From Octopus sinensis (lineage: Eukaryota), in the NCBI RefSeq assembly GCF_006345805.1, contig NC_043021.1, forward strand, positions 19,344,001 to 19,408,000: a stretch of 64,000 nucleotides of DNA. The letters run 5' to 3'. Positions 52,980 through 64,000 of this stretch are shown in pieces (position 1 is the first letter of the stretch; each line of letters begins with the position of its first letter). A model generated the notes under the pieces. It was not told where the DNA came from. It did no database searches and was given only the letters and a program-made list of their open reading frames with translations. A program made the translations under genes and the position numbers.

Positions 52980-54060
52980 CAATGGATAAATCTTGATTTG
53001 TAATTTCTCATATAAAATTATACTGAACAGAAATTATATGGTCAGCCAAACTAGCTTCAGTGGAGGCCCAGTGGTTAGGGCAAGCGGACTCGCGGTTTCG
53101 ATTCCCAGACTGGGCGTTGTGTGTGTTTATTGAGCGAAAAGAACCTAAAGCTCCGGCAATGGGTGGTAGCGACCCCTGTTGTACTTTTTCTCACTCCCTC
53201 TTCCTGTTTCTTGAGTAACGCTGCGTTGGACAGGTGTCCCGTCCAGTTAAGGGGGAACACATACGCCACAGAAACCGGGCCCATGAGCCTGGCTAGGCTT
53301 GAAAAGGGCGCATAAATAAATAGAAACATAGCTTCTACTTCCATTGTGTGGGTGATAATTTAGTTTATTGGGGTGAGTGCGTTAAGCGGTGATAAATAAA
53401 AATGCGACGTTAATATCAGTTCGAATCTGCTTAAGTTCGAGGGTGAGTCAAAAAGTAATGCCATTTTGTTTAGGACAGGTATAATCACCATCACAGGAAC
53501 ATGTATCATACATCAAAAGGAAGCCGGTCCTCTGTGGATCACATCCCTACTTCTCAACATAGTCACCGTTTCTCTCAATAGCAATGTTCCACCTTCGAAT
53601 GAGAGCATGTATCCCTGTCCCGTAAAATTCTGTTAACTGTTCTTCTTCACAGTTTTCACTTCCTCGTCACTGGACTATGATCTCTTCGGCCCCATGAATG
53701 AGGGTTTGAGAGGCAAACATCATTCCAGTGATGAGGAAGTGAAAACTGTAGTGCAGAAGTGGCTCAAAGAACAGTCAACAGAATTTTATGGGGGAGGGAT
53801 ACATGCTCTCATTCGAAGGTGGAACATTGCTATTGAGAGAAACGGTGACTATGTTGAGGAGTAGGGATGTGATCCACAGAGGACCGGCTTCATTTTGATG
53901 TATGATACATGTTCCTGTGTTGGTAATTATACCTGTCCTAAACAAAATGGCATTACTTTTTGACTCACCCTCGTATTTACAAGTCAGAACGTGCTTTTAG
54001 CATATTCGAACTACTGTTAACATTGCATTTTTAATTTATCGATCTCAACCTGATACGAAG
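52980..54060. repeat. Local segmental duplication, paralogous to 57614-58717
   Basis: Same order of unique flank, SINE C, mariner foldback and unique flank ending CCTGATACGAAG. Confidence 0.93.
53438..53973. mobile_element. Palindromic mariner derivative made of two inverted 3' ends
   Basis: Arms of about 240 bp; TIR CGAGGGTGAGTCAAAAAGTAATGCC; right arm plus spacer encode DYxLFGPMxEGLRGKHHSSDEEVK...RWNIAIERNGDYVE, a mariner transposase C-terminus. Confidence 0.9.
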
Positions 54061-54758
54061 TCATAATCACATATACAATACTTGACATTCTCGAACGTGG
54101 AGTGAGAAGCTTGCTTCCGCACATGCGCTGTAAGTCGGTTTCTTCCAGTTGAACTAGAGTGGATGTGGGCTGTTAGCTACGTCCAATTACAAGAAAAAAG
54201 AACAAAAACAGAGAAGGTTGTCGAGTCAAGTGATTTTGCTTTATCTGAGCTGGGTGTAATTTGTTATATTGTAATTTTTTGTTAACAAATTTCGCCCATC
54301 GCTGGGACAATTTCGCCTGCTCTCGGCGGCTGCTGTTTTTGTATATTGTGAATTTTTTGGATTCATTTTTTAAAAAGAAGTGGTGGGGCGTATCCTCGCC
54401 CGAATAGGACCTGTTACAGTTGCTGTTGCAGTTACCGTTGGCTGTAGCCAGTATTGTGTTTGGATTTATTGGATTTATTTTACCAATTACCGAAAAATAA
54501 AAAGATTTATGCCAAGGACCCTATCCACATTAGGCCGGGAGTACCTGTTGGCCAGAAAATTGGATTTTTGCTGTGTGAATTGTTTTTCTATTTTTCGTCT
54601 ATTTTTCCTGATTTTTTCTTTCTTTTTGAACTGTTAATTTATTTTTTGGACTTGCTTTGTTTTATTTTTTTACTGTTTCTGTTAACTTTTTATGTACCTT
54701 TTTATTTTACATCTTCTTTGGCCTTTGAACTTTCTTTAAACTTTTAAGACTTTCTTTT

Positions 54759-55760
54759 TTGCACATGGCAAAAATAAACGGTGCCGCTGCTTTGGAGTGG
54801 GAGGTGGTCCCACCAAAACAGTGGATTAAAGATCTTGAGAAGAGGACGGTGGTACTACGGACCTATTCTAGGTCGTGTGGTGCCATCGCCCTCTTCGACA
54901 AGAGCGTAATAGAGAGAGAGTTGGCAGACTACCTGCCAACTATAAAATTTATTTCACGAGGGACCAAATTTGCAACGGTGTGGTTGCTGTTTGGTACCTC
55001 CGAGGAAGCTGGCAGATTTGCCAGCGAGCCCCTTGAGGGAAAAAAAATTTTGTTCCTCCCCACTTATTGTGGGAGAAAGATAAGAAGAGCCTGGGTGTGC
55101 GGGCTGCCCCCGGGCACGGAGGCGGGATGGATCGAGAGGATTATCCGGCGAGGCCTGGGGGATAGCGGACCCAGGCTATTAAGTGTGGGGTTGCTCCCGC
55201 GGTCGACTGGGAGGGGTCAAGGGCAACTTTGACCCTGTGGACCCCGGTGGCCGTGGGAGACATGATGTTTCCGGATTTCCTAAAAATGGCCGGATACAGG
55301 TGCCCGGTGATATTTGCGGGACGCCCCCCCAAGTGTCACCTGTGCCTGGAGCCTGGCCATATCGAGGGCAACTGTCCAAGGGGCCATGGTAGGGCCTGGA
55401 GCATGAGAAAGAGAAGGTACCCACCGCACCCTCATTGGAGGGGGATACGGTGGAAGTCGTGGAGGAAGTTGCCTCCACGAAAAGAAAAAGAAAGGTGAGT
55501 AACAATGGTTGCTCACCAAAGAATGTTCAGGCGGCGGAGGAGAGTAGCGACCCCCCGCGTCTGTCGACACAGCCCCCTGCTCCCGCAGCCTCAAAAAGAA
55601 AGCGGAAAAAGGGGAGCAGAGGACGTCGGCGGATGTTCCTGGGCCGCCGACGGAGCCGCAGGTGGGATGTGTGCCACCTACCGATGGGGCTCCGCCAGTG
55701 GGAAGTGTGCCACTGACGGAGCAGTGTGAGGTCCCTTCCTGTGAAGAGGAGGTGTTTGTC
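54759..55760 (+). pseudogene. Tx1/L1-like ORF1 with CCHC zinc knuckle, frameshifted, ORF2 missing
   Basis: 157-aa ORF from 54759, frameshift near 55225, then FAGRPPK-CHLCLEPGHIEGNC (CX2CX4HX4C); T-rich leader of about 500 bp upstream. Confidence 0.75.
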
Positions 55761-56116
55761 CTCCTTTACCACACACACACACACATGCTTCTTTCAGCAT
55801 CCATCGACCAAATCCTCTCAGAAATCTCTGGACTGTCCGGGGTTACACTTGAAGACACTCGTCGAAGGTGCCATGCGGTGAATGAAAACCCAAAACTCTA
55901 TGCTTGCGAGACAAAATTACTACAACACGGCTGAGCTTACAGTTTGTCCGAAGCTAACAATTTCCCCTCACAGAAGTGTTGTCAGGAGAAGGATTTCTGA
56001 GAGTAATCCGTAATTCTTAAAGGCTGAAAGTTCCCTGTAATATCAAAGATAGCAGATCTTCTCCATGTTGGCAACTGGGATACAACAAAATTCTATCAAC
56101 GGTACAAAAGATTTCC

Positions 56117-56349
56117 TTATCTCTTTATTGTCCATAAGGGGCTAAACATACAGGGGACAAACAAAGACAGACAAAGGGATTAAGTCGATTACATCGACCA
56201 CAGTGCGTAACTGGTACTTAATTTATCGACCCCGAAAGGATGAAGAGCAAAAGTCGACCTCGGCGGAATTTGAACTCAGAACGTAACGGCAGACGAAATA
56301 CTGCTAAGCATTTCGCCCGGCGTGCTAACGATTCTGCCAGCTTGCCGCC
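56117..56349 (-). mobile_element. SINE family B monomer inserted at a U5 remnant
   Basis: Flanked by GGTAC(A/T)AAAGATTTC on both sides; the duplicated target overlaps U5 sequence TACTAAAGATTTC. Confidence 0.85.
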
Positions 56350-56360
56350 TTAACTAAAGG

Positions 56361-56438
56361 TACTAAAGATTTCTGTGGGGAGGAACATTTTTAATGAGTC
56401 TATAGACTTATTTTTGTAAGCCCCTTCTAACTTGAGGC
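56361..56438 (+). pseudogene. U5: 5' truncated U5 pseudogene starting at the end of loop I
   Basis: TACTAAAGATTTCTGTGGGGAGGAAC...TATTTTTGTAAGCC...GAGGC; the flank CTGATAATT groups it with copy 4. Confidence 0.88.
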
Positions 56439-57142
56439 TGATAATTAAATTAACATCGGTTTTCGAAGACCTACAGGTGTCGTTAGCTGTTCCTCATCTT
56501 TTCAACTTGAAAGTAGTGATGGTTACTGTAACTTTCACACCCGGGATTAGACAGAAATTTCGGAGGAGGTCGTGCTTATATCTATTCTATCTCCACTCCC
56601 AGCCATGACCTCTAGGTGATTGAATTATTTTACGATGGAAGCCCGATTTGAACTCGTAACACTGTGTTTACAAATTGTCTTTCTTCAAATTTGTGGAATC
56701 ATATTATTTGGTGAGTCTATACTCCCCTTTTTAAAGATGTTTGATTGTGATTTGAGAAAGATTTGGTTCCTATTTCTAGCAATTGAGCGACGGCCTAGAG
56801 CAGGCATCCGCAACTCTTTTCGAGGAAACGCATTGATGTTTGCCAAAAAAAAGTGGTCCTGTGAGCCGAGAAATTTTAGCAGCAGTTTCAAGGTGAAGGT
56901 CGATTATAAACGTCACTGATAGGTATAAATATATCCACTTTTATTTAATTAAAATCTAAATAATTGATTGATTATAATACATGAAAGAAAATATTTATTA
57001 TAATTCTACTAATTATTTATATATAACATATTCAAAATTTTCTTATCATAGAATTAATTATCTACATTAATTTACATTTTCTAATCAGTGTTTGTTTATT
57101 TAGATATTTTGTATAATAAAAGGCGTGACAGGTATGCCAGTT

Positions 57143-57265
57143 AACTCTGGTTTCTCCTCACTCCGAGCGGATAAATCTTTCGCCTTTTACTAAAGATTTC
57201 CGTGGGGAGGAACATTTTAATGAGTCTATAGACTTATTTTTGAAAGCCTCATCTAACCATGAGGC
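57143..57265 (+). ncRNA. U5: U5 snRNA, copy 3
   Basis: Full length, intact loop I, Sm site and hairpin; both upstream blocks intact and uninterrupted. Confidence 0.95.
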
Positions 57266-57467
57266 GATAATTAAATTAATATCAGACTAATTAATATTGG
57301 GTTAATTGCGACCGCCTAACCATTATACTTTGGGTTCAGTCCTACAGCGTGTCTTCTATTGTGACCCCAGGCTGATCAAAGCCGTATGTGCTTGTCCCGA
57401 ACCACTACTTTACAACCAATGTTGGTTTGTTTACACCCCGTAACTTAGCAGTTCGGCCAAGGCACTG

Positions 57468-57505
57468 ATAGACTTATTTTTGAAAGCCTCATCTAACCAT
57501 GAGGC
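57468..57505 (+). pseudogene. U5: U5 3' fragment
   Basis: Same junction GGCACTG|ATAGACTT as 50824. Confidence 0.85.
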
Positions 57506-58092
57506 GATAATTAAATTAATATCAAACTAATAAACAAAATAAATTCGAGGAATGGGCAGTAAATAGTACTGCCCATTTCTCGAAAAACTGTTGTATATAC
57601 TGCAACCAACTCGCAATGGATAAATCTTGATTTGTAATTTCTCATATAGAATTATACTGAACAGAAATTATATGGTCAGCCAAACTAGCTTCAGTGAAGG
57701 CGCAATGGCCCAGTGGTTAGGGCAAGCGGACTCGCGGTTTCGATTCCTAGACTGGGCGCTGTGTGTGTTTATTGAGCGAAAACACCTAAAGCTCCAGCAA
57801 GGGGTGGTGGCGACCCCTGCTGTACTCTTTCGCCCCAACTTTTTCTGACTCTCTCTTCCTGTTTCTTGAGTAACGCTGCGATGGATAGGTGTCCCGTCCA
57901 GTTAAGGGGGAACACATACGCCACAGAAACCGGGCCCATGAGCCTGGCTAGGCTTGAAAAGGGCGCATAAATAAATAGAAACATAGCTTCTACTTCCATT
58001 GTGTGGGTGATAATTTAGTTTATTGGGGTGAGTGCGTTAAGCGGTGATAAATAAAAATGCGACGTTAATATCAGTTCGAATCTGCTTAAGTA

Positions 58093-58630
58093 CGAGGGTG
58101 AGTCAAAATTTAATGCCATTTTGTTTAGGACAGGAATAATTACCATCACAGGAACATGTATCATACATCAAAATGAAGCTGGTCCTCTGTGGATCACATC
58201 CCTACTTCTCAACATAGTCACCGTTTCTCTCAATAGCAATGCTCCACCTTCGAATGAGAGCATGTATCCCTACCCCGTAAAATTCCGTTGACTGTTCTTT
58301 GAGCCACTTTTTCACTTCCTCTTTACTGGACTATCATCTCTTCGGCCCCATGAAAGAGGGTTTGAGAGGCAAACATCATTCCAGTGATGAGGAAGTGAAA
58401 ACTGTAGTGAAGAAGTGGCTCAAAGAACAGTCAACAGAATTTTATGGGGGCAGAGATACATGCACTCATTCGAAGGTGGAACATTGCTATTGAGAGAAAC
58501 GGTGACTATGTTGAGAAGTAGGGATGTGATCCACAGAGGACCAGCTTCCTTTTGATGTATGATACATGTTCCTGTGTTGGTAATTATACCTGTCCTAAAC
58601 AAATTGGCATTACTTTTTGACTCACCCTCG
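58093..58630. mobile_element. Palindromic mariner derivative, second copy
   Basis: TA|CGAGGGTG...CACCCTCG|TA; the paralogue of 53438-53973 inside the duplication. Confidence 0.9.
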
Positions 58631-58749
58631 TATTTACAAGTCAGAACGTGCTTTTAGCGTATTCGAACTAGTGTTAACATTGCATTTTTAATTTATCGAT
58701 CTCAACCTGATACGAAGATATATAATAACAGACGTGACAGATTTGCTAT

Positions 58750-58872
58750 GCCTCTGGTTTCTCCTCACCCCCAGCGGATAAATCTTTCGCCTTTTACTAA
58801 AGATTTCCGTGGGGAGGAACATTTTAATGAGTCTATAGACTTATTTTTGCAAGCCTCATCTAACCTTGAGGC
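58750..58872 (+). ncRNA. U5: U5 snRNA, copy 4 (divergent 5' end, proximal upstream block missing)
   Basis: Starts ATGCCTCTGG instead of TTAACTCTGG; loop I and Sm site intact; lacks CTAATCAGTG upstream, so it may be untranscribed. Confidence 0.85.
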
Positions 58873-59442
58873 TGATAATTAAATTAACATCAGACTAATT
58901 AACTTGGTTTCACAAACTACAGGTCCCTGGGCCCTCGAACGTTGTCTATAAACTTATTTTTCTAAGTTTCATCTAACCATAAAGACATTAAGATAGCAGG
59001 TCGTGTGTGTGTTACGTTTATCGCTATAAGTTTTTTAACGGTTGTGATTTGGGGAAGATTTGGTTGCTATTTCAAGCAATTCAATGACTGTCTAGAGCAG
59101 GCATCGGCAACCATTTTCGAGAAACGATTTGATGCTTACAAAAATTTTTTTAAACGTGGTCCTGTGAGCCGAGAAATTTTAGCAGCCGTTTCAAGGTGAA
59201 GGTCGATTATAAACATCACTGATAGGTACAAATATATCCAGTTTTATTTAGTCAAACCTTAATATTTAATTATTAACACATCGACTAAAATATTTATTAT
59301 AATCTACTAGTTATTTATATATAAAGATATTTAAAATTTGTTGATCATGAAATTAATTACCTATATTGATTTATATCTTCTAATCAGTGTTTGTTTAGTC
59401 AGATATTTTGTATAATATTGAATGTCAAAATGTGTGTCAGTT

Positions 59443-59565
59443 AACTCTGGTTTCTCCTCACCCCGAGCGGATAAATCTTTCGCCTTTTACTAAAGATTTC
59501 CGTGGGGAGGAACATTTTAATGAGTCTATAGACTTATTTTTGAAAGCCTCAACTAACAATGAGGC
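59443..59565 (+). ncRNA. U5: U5 snRNA, copy 5
   Basis: Full length; terminal loop variant ACTAACAA; both upstream blocks present. Confidence 0.95.
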
Positions 59566-59767
59566 GATAATTAAATTAACATCAGACTAATTAATATTGG
59601 TTCAATTGCGACCTCCTAACCGTTTTGCCTCGGGTTCAGTCGCACAGCGTGTCTTGTATAGTAACCCCAGGCTGATCAAAGCTGTATGCGCTTCTCCCTA
59701 ACCACTACTTTACAACCAATGTTAGTTTGTTTACACCCCGTAACTTAGCAGTTCGACCGAGGTACTG

Positions 59768-59804
59768 ATAGACTTATTTTTGAAGCCTCATCTAACCATG
59801 AGGC
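59768..59804 (+). pseudogene. U5: U5 3' fragment
   Basis: Same SINE-U5 junction as 50824 and 57468. Confidence 0.85.
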
Positions 59805-61249
59805 GATAATTAAATTAACACCAGACTAATAAACTCGAGGAATGGGCAGTAAATAGTACTGTCCATTTCTCGAAAAATTGTTGTATATACTGTAACGAAC
59901 TCGCATTGTGCCTTTCTACAGTCAGGTTTTGTTGTAGAATGGCAAGTTAAACGAACATATTGATATGGAGGTCAGTTCAGAAAATAAGAGTGCTCGTAGC
60001 CTGGTTGTGGCAGTTGGCGTCAGGCAGACGGCTAAAGCTTTTGTTCTGCCAATTTCTGGAAAGATTAACGAGTTTCGAAGAGACCTCTGCCCTTTTCCGG
60101 TCAAAGAAGGGTCGAGGAACCACCCCTTTAAAATGCGGGAGCTGTGAGTTTGTTGGACAGTCGGGAACAGAGCGAGTTGGTAACAGGTAGTTCTGCCGGA
60201 GACAGTGAATGTGAAAGACATACGCAGAGGACGGTCAGCCAGGAAGGTGGCGAAGGCAGCTACATCGTTGAGAGAGACAGACCGGGAATGTGAGGGATGA
60301 CAAGCGAGAGGAAGACAGGCAGATAGGATTAAGAAGAGCTGGGAGAGATTACGGCGAGAGGGCATGGCTGTTCGTAGCGGGAGTTTGTAAACGAAGAAAT
60401 GTAACTGTATGTGTTGTTTATGTTTTGATGTGAATTGTGTTAAAAAGAGTTGTTAAAGGAAAGAACTGAGTTGTGTTAAAGAAAAGAATTGTTGAACTAA
60501 AAAAGAGAAAGAAGGAAAGAGGAAAAAGAAATGAAATTGTAAAGACATTGTGAATTAAGGAAAAGAGTTGTTGAAATGTAAAAGAAAAAAGAAAGAGAAA
60601 GACTTTAATGTGATTTGAACATTAAACTGTATCGTGAATTGAACTGATTTGTTTCTGAACTGTATATTGTACCTGCATGCTTTGATCTTGTTAATTTTGT
60701 TGCATGTTATTTTCTTTGATGTATTTGATGTTGTAATGATTGTCATAAACTGTTGTTAAACGTAAGCCAATTGCCTTCCGCCGTTTCTCTCTGTATCTCT
60801 TCCTGCTGTTGTTGTTGTTGTTGTTCTCTCCGTTCGCCGGTTGCCGGGTTCGCTGCCACCCCACCCCCACCGGGTCCTCTCTTTCCGTCAAGCCGGTCAA
60901 TCGTCGTCGCTCGACTTGGTAGGGTCCCGGGTTTCCGAAGAGTTTGAGCAACGGCAGGTTCGTAACAATATATTAAATGCACAGGCGAACGGAAAACAGG
61001 CACAGAAGGTCCTTAGTTCCTTATCAGTTATCGATCAGGGGGTATGACACAATTTTGTACCTTTAACGATAAGATTGATTCCCAGCTTTAACGATAAGAT
61101 TGGTTTCCAAGAGTTGCAGAAAATATTGGACCGAAAACAAACAAACAATATATGGATAACAAGCGATGAAGAAGTGGGCATACGAAAATGAATAAATGTA
61201 ATTCAAGACGGCTGGACGAAGAACAAAGATGAAATAAATAAGCAAATAA

Positions 61250-61645
61250 GGCGCAGGAGTGGCTGTGTGGTAAGTAGCTTGCTAACCAACCACATGGTTC
61301 CGGGTTCGGTCCCACTGCGTGGCATCTTGGGCAAGTGCCTTCTGCTGTAGCCCCGGGCCGACCAATGCCTTGTGAGTGGATTTGGTAGACGGAAACTGAA
61401 AGAAGCCTGTCGTATATATGTATATATATGTATGTGTGTATGTGTGTGTGTTTGTCCCCCTAGCATTGCTTGACAACCGATGCTGGTGTGTTTACGTCCC
61501 TGTTACTTAGCGGTTCGGCAAAAGAGACCGATGGAATAAGTACTGGGCTTACAAAGAATAAGTCCCGGGGTCGAGTTGCTCGACTAAAGGCGGTGCTCCA
61601 GCATGGCCGCAGTCAAATGACAAACAAGTAAAAGAGTAAGAGAGT
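61250..61645 (+). mobile_element. SINE family A, full length
   Basis: Complete head, body and tail. Confidence 0.9.
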
Positions 61646-61808
61646 AAATAGCTAAAGCAGAATGCAGCTTTAAGGCCAGATGAAGACGAAGCGTCGTATC
61701 ATGTTCAGAAGCGATGAACATCACCAGAATTTCTGACTCCAGTCAAAATATGATAAACAACGCCAAATCTTCGTTAAAGTCTCTGCGTAAGTAAAATGTG
61801 AACCAGTT

Positions 61809-62193
61809 AATTACCTCCGCCAAGGAAGACGGTTGTGTTTTCATCGGCGTTGGTTTATCCGTCTGTCCGTCTGTGTGCAAAATAACTCAAAAAGTTGTGA
61901 ACAGTATTTGATGAAACTTGCAGGAAAAGTTGGTAATGACAAAAGGAACAGATGATGAAATTTTGGTAGTGATCCGGGAATTTTTATGGATTCTTGAAGG
62001 ATTTTTCTTTTGTTATATTTACTTTACATGAAGTATTACAATGTTACATTCTTTGATTATCTCCCTTGAAAACGTGTTCATCGTTTCCCCGTAACCTATG
62101 GTGGCGTTGCTGTTTCCAAAGTTTTTTTTCGTTTCTCTATTAGTAATTTTACTCGTGTATCCATCTTAAAATGAGCTGTTTGGCGGAGGTCTG
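61809..62193 (+). mobile_element. Helentron-associated (DINE-1-like) non-autonomous element
   Basis: Subterminal inverted repeats ACCTCCGCCAA (61813-61823) / TTGGCGGAGGT (62180-62190), (GTCC/GTCT)n microsatellite near the 5' end. Confidence 0.65.
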
Positions 62194-63105
62194 GGATCTT
62201 TTCTTTTTGAAGGCCAGATTTTCCTAGTTAACTAAAAAATTTGAAACTTCGTATACTGGTAGAATGTGTCAAAAGAAAACATTATTGTAAACAAAATTGA
62301 AAACAAAATTGTAATTTGTAACTTAAACGTAGTTTAATTTTTACGAATTTTAACCAATGAAATCCCAACATTGCTGTGTTATCGATATTGATAAAGAAAT
62401 ATAACAGACGCACGACACACACGACACACACACACACACATTTGCACAAGCACATAGTAATTAATATATAAGCGTACACACACATGCAAACGGACATATA
62501 CATACACACACATACGCACACAAGCAAAAATACACGTTCGTGTTTTGCCACTTGCCGCAACAAATTTGCACAGAAGGGGGGGGGGCAATGTTTCATCGTT
62601 TCGGGGTCGATAAATTAAGTAACAATTACGCACTGGTGTCGAGGATTTTTTTCCCAATTTATATCACAGCTTCCGACAAGCTGGGGGCATCCTTTTATGA
62701 AAAAATATTTCGCAAATTTTTACAATACTACTAACACTCCACGCGCAAACTCGAGACCGATTTAGGCATATTATTGTTTTGTTTTTGTTGTTTCTGGCCC
62801 TTCAAAACCATGGGAGAAGCCTTTTCGGTAAAAAGAAAAAGAAAGAAAATATTCAAAAAATATCGTTAATATTTTTTATTGGGCGACGAAATTAATCGAT
62901 TTAAGAGATATAGCTGTTATTTCTAGCACATGTAGAAGACTGAAGAAGAGGTAAATAATTTGAGCTCGAATGCTGCGATTTCATTGGTTAAAATTCTTAA
63001 AATTAAACTACGTTTAAGTTACGAATTACAATTTTGTTTTCAATTTTGTTTACAATAATGTTTTCTTTTGACACATTCTACCAGTATACGAAGTTTCAAA
63101 TTTTT
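62194..63105. mobile_element. Foldback element related to the 49893 MITE; right end truncated at a U5 Sm site
   Basis: 62237-62365 is inverted at about 62980-63105; left end GGATC...TAACTAAAAAATT...TCGTATACTGGTAGAATGTG resembles 49893-49978. Confidence 0.7.
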
Positions 63106-63129
63106 GAAAGCCTCATCTAACCTTGAGGC
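63100..63129 (+). pseudogene. U5: U5 3' fragment (copy 4 type flank)
   Basis: ATTTTTGAAAGCCTCATCTAACCTTGAGGC followed by about 130 bp matching 58873-59000. Confidence 0.8.
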
Positions 63130-63254
63130 TGATAATTAAATTAACATCAGACTAATTAACTTGGTTTCACAAAATACTGGTCCCTGGGCCCTCCAACATC
63201 GTGTTGTCCATAAACTTATTTTTCTAAGTTTCATCTAACCATAAAGACATTAAG

Positions 63255-64000
63255 ATGTCACAATTCGGATTTATTCCTAACTCCAGCTGTTGTAATCAAC
63301 TCATCGAGTTTCTTGAGGACGTTACCCAAATCACTGATCGCGGATCCTGGGTGGATGTTCTTTACCTGGACTTTGCTAAGGCTTTTTACTCTGTGCCACA
63401 CAAAAGACTTATGGTGAAGCTTTCTGCGTTAGGTGTAAGAGACGAACTCTATAACTGGTTAAAGTCCTTTATTTTCAGCCGAAAAGAGGTTGTCACAGTT
63501 CTAGGACAGCACTCTTCGCCCTATGGGATGACATCTGGTGTACCACAGGGATCTGTTCTTGGCCCCCTTTTATTTGTTGCATATGTTAATGACATAGATG
63601 CCAACTTAAAGAATGCCACAGTGCTGAAATATGCACCTCGAAATAAAGAGGTCAAATCCTACACACTATAGATCTCTATTGCAAGCAGACCTGGACACAA
63701 ATGTACCACCATGCATTTTGGGAGGAGAAACCCAGCGTCCACCTACTCCCTCCACAACACTAGTCTCAAAAAGTCTTCATGTGAACGTGACCTGGGTGTT
63801 ATTGTCGACAGTGATTTGCGTTGGACAAAACACATCGCTAAAATTGTCAAGAAGGCTGAGGGTGTCTTGGCATCACTCACCAAATCCTTTGTAAGCCGCT
63901 CTCCGGCTATCTATCTGCGGCTTTATATAGGTATGGTAAGACCTCACCTGGAATTTGCATCACCGGTCTGGAACCCCTATCTTGCCCAGGACATCAATCG
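63255..64000 (+). pseudogene. CR1-group reverse transcriptase remnant, runs off the window
   Basis: QFGF...VDVLYLDFAKAFYSVPHKRL...SGVPQGSVLGPLLFVAYVND..LKYA, then a deletion removing the catalytic DD; resumes RDLGVIVD...VRPHLEFASPVWNPY. Confidence 0.92.

Noticed and set aside
59408-59590. 60-aa ORF repeated across the cluster; also considered as pre-miRNA or H/ACA snoRNA
   Set aside because: The sequence is U5 snRNA; loop I, Sm site and overall match explain the hairpins.

Overview
Repeat-dense, AT-rich animal genomic DNA, not prokaryotic. The SINE families, microsatellite load and LINE types match what I know of cephalopod genomes, most likely Octopus (inference). I cannot support any host protein-coding gene; nearly all ORFs in the track are translated microsatellites or decayed transposons. 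The functional core is a cluster of U5 spliceosomal snRNA genes at about 50.4-63.2 kb. It has five full-length 123-nt copies and at least five 3' fragments, conserved upstream blocks at PSE-like and DSE-like distances, and a mosaic duplication history. The rest is mobile DNA. There are at least four tRNA-derived SINE families and decayed RTE, CR1, R4/Dong, Tx1/L1 and Gypsy elements. DNA-type elements include mariner, pogo, piggyBac-like and 8-bp-TSD MITEs, a Helitron and a Helentron-like element, and several tandem arrays are born from SINEs or MITEs. The strongest extra signals are: (1) a canonical minimal hammerhead ribozyme at 30650-30735 (minus), plus a family of variant-core hammerhead motifs in (TA)n-embedded Penelope-like termini; (2) two SINE families whose 3' tails match LINE 3' ends present in the same window; (3) a Tx1/L1 3' end inserted in a GATA/GACA higher-order repeat. 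All coordinates were read by eye; SINE and fragment boundaries are approximate and only representative SINE copies are listed.
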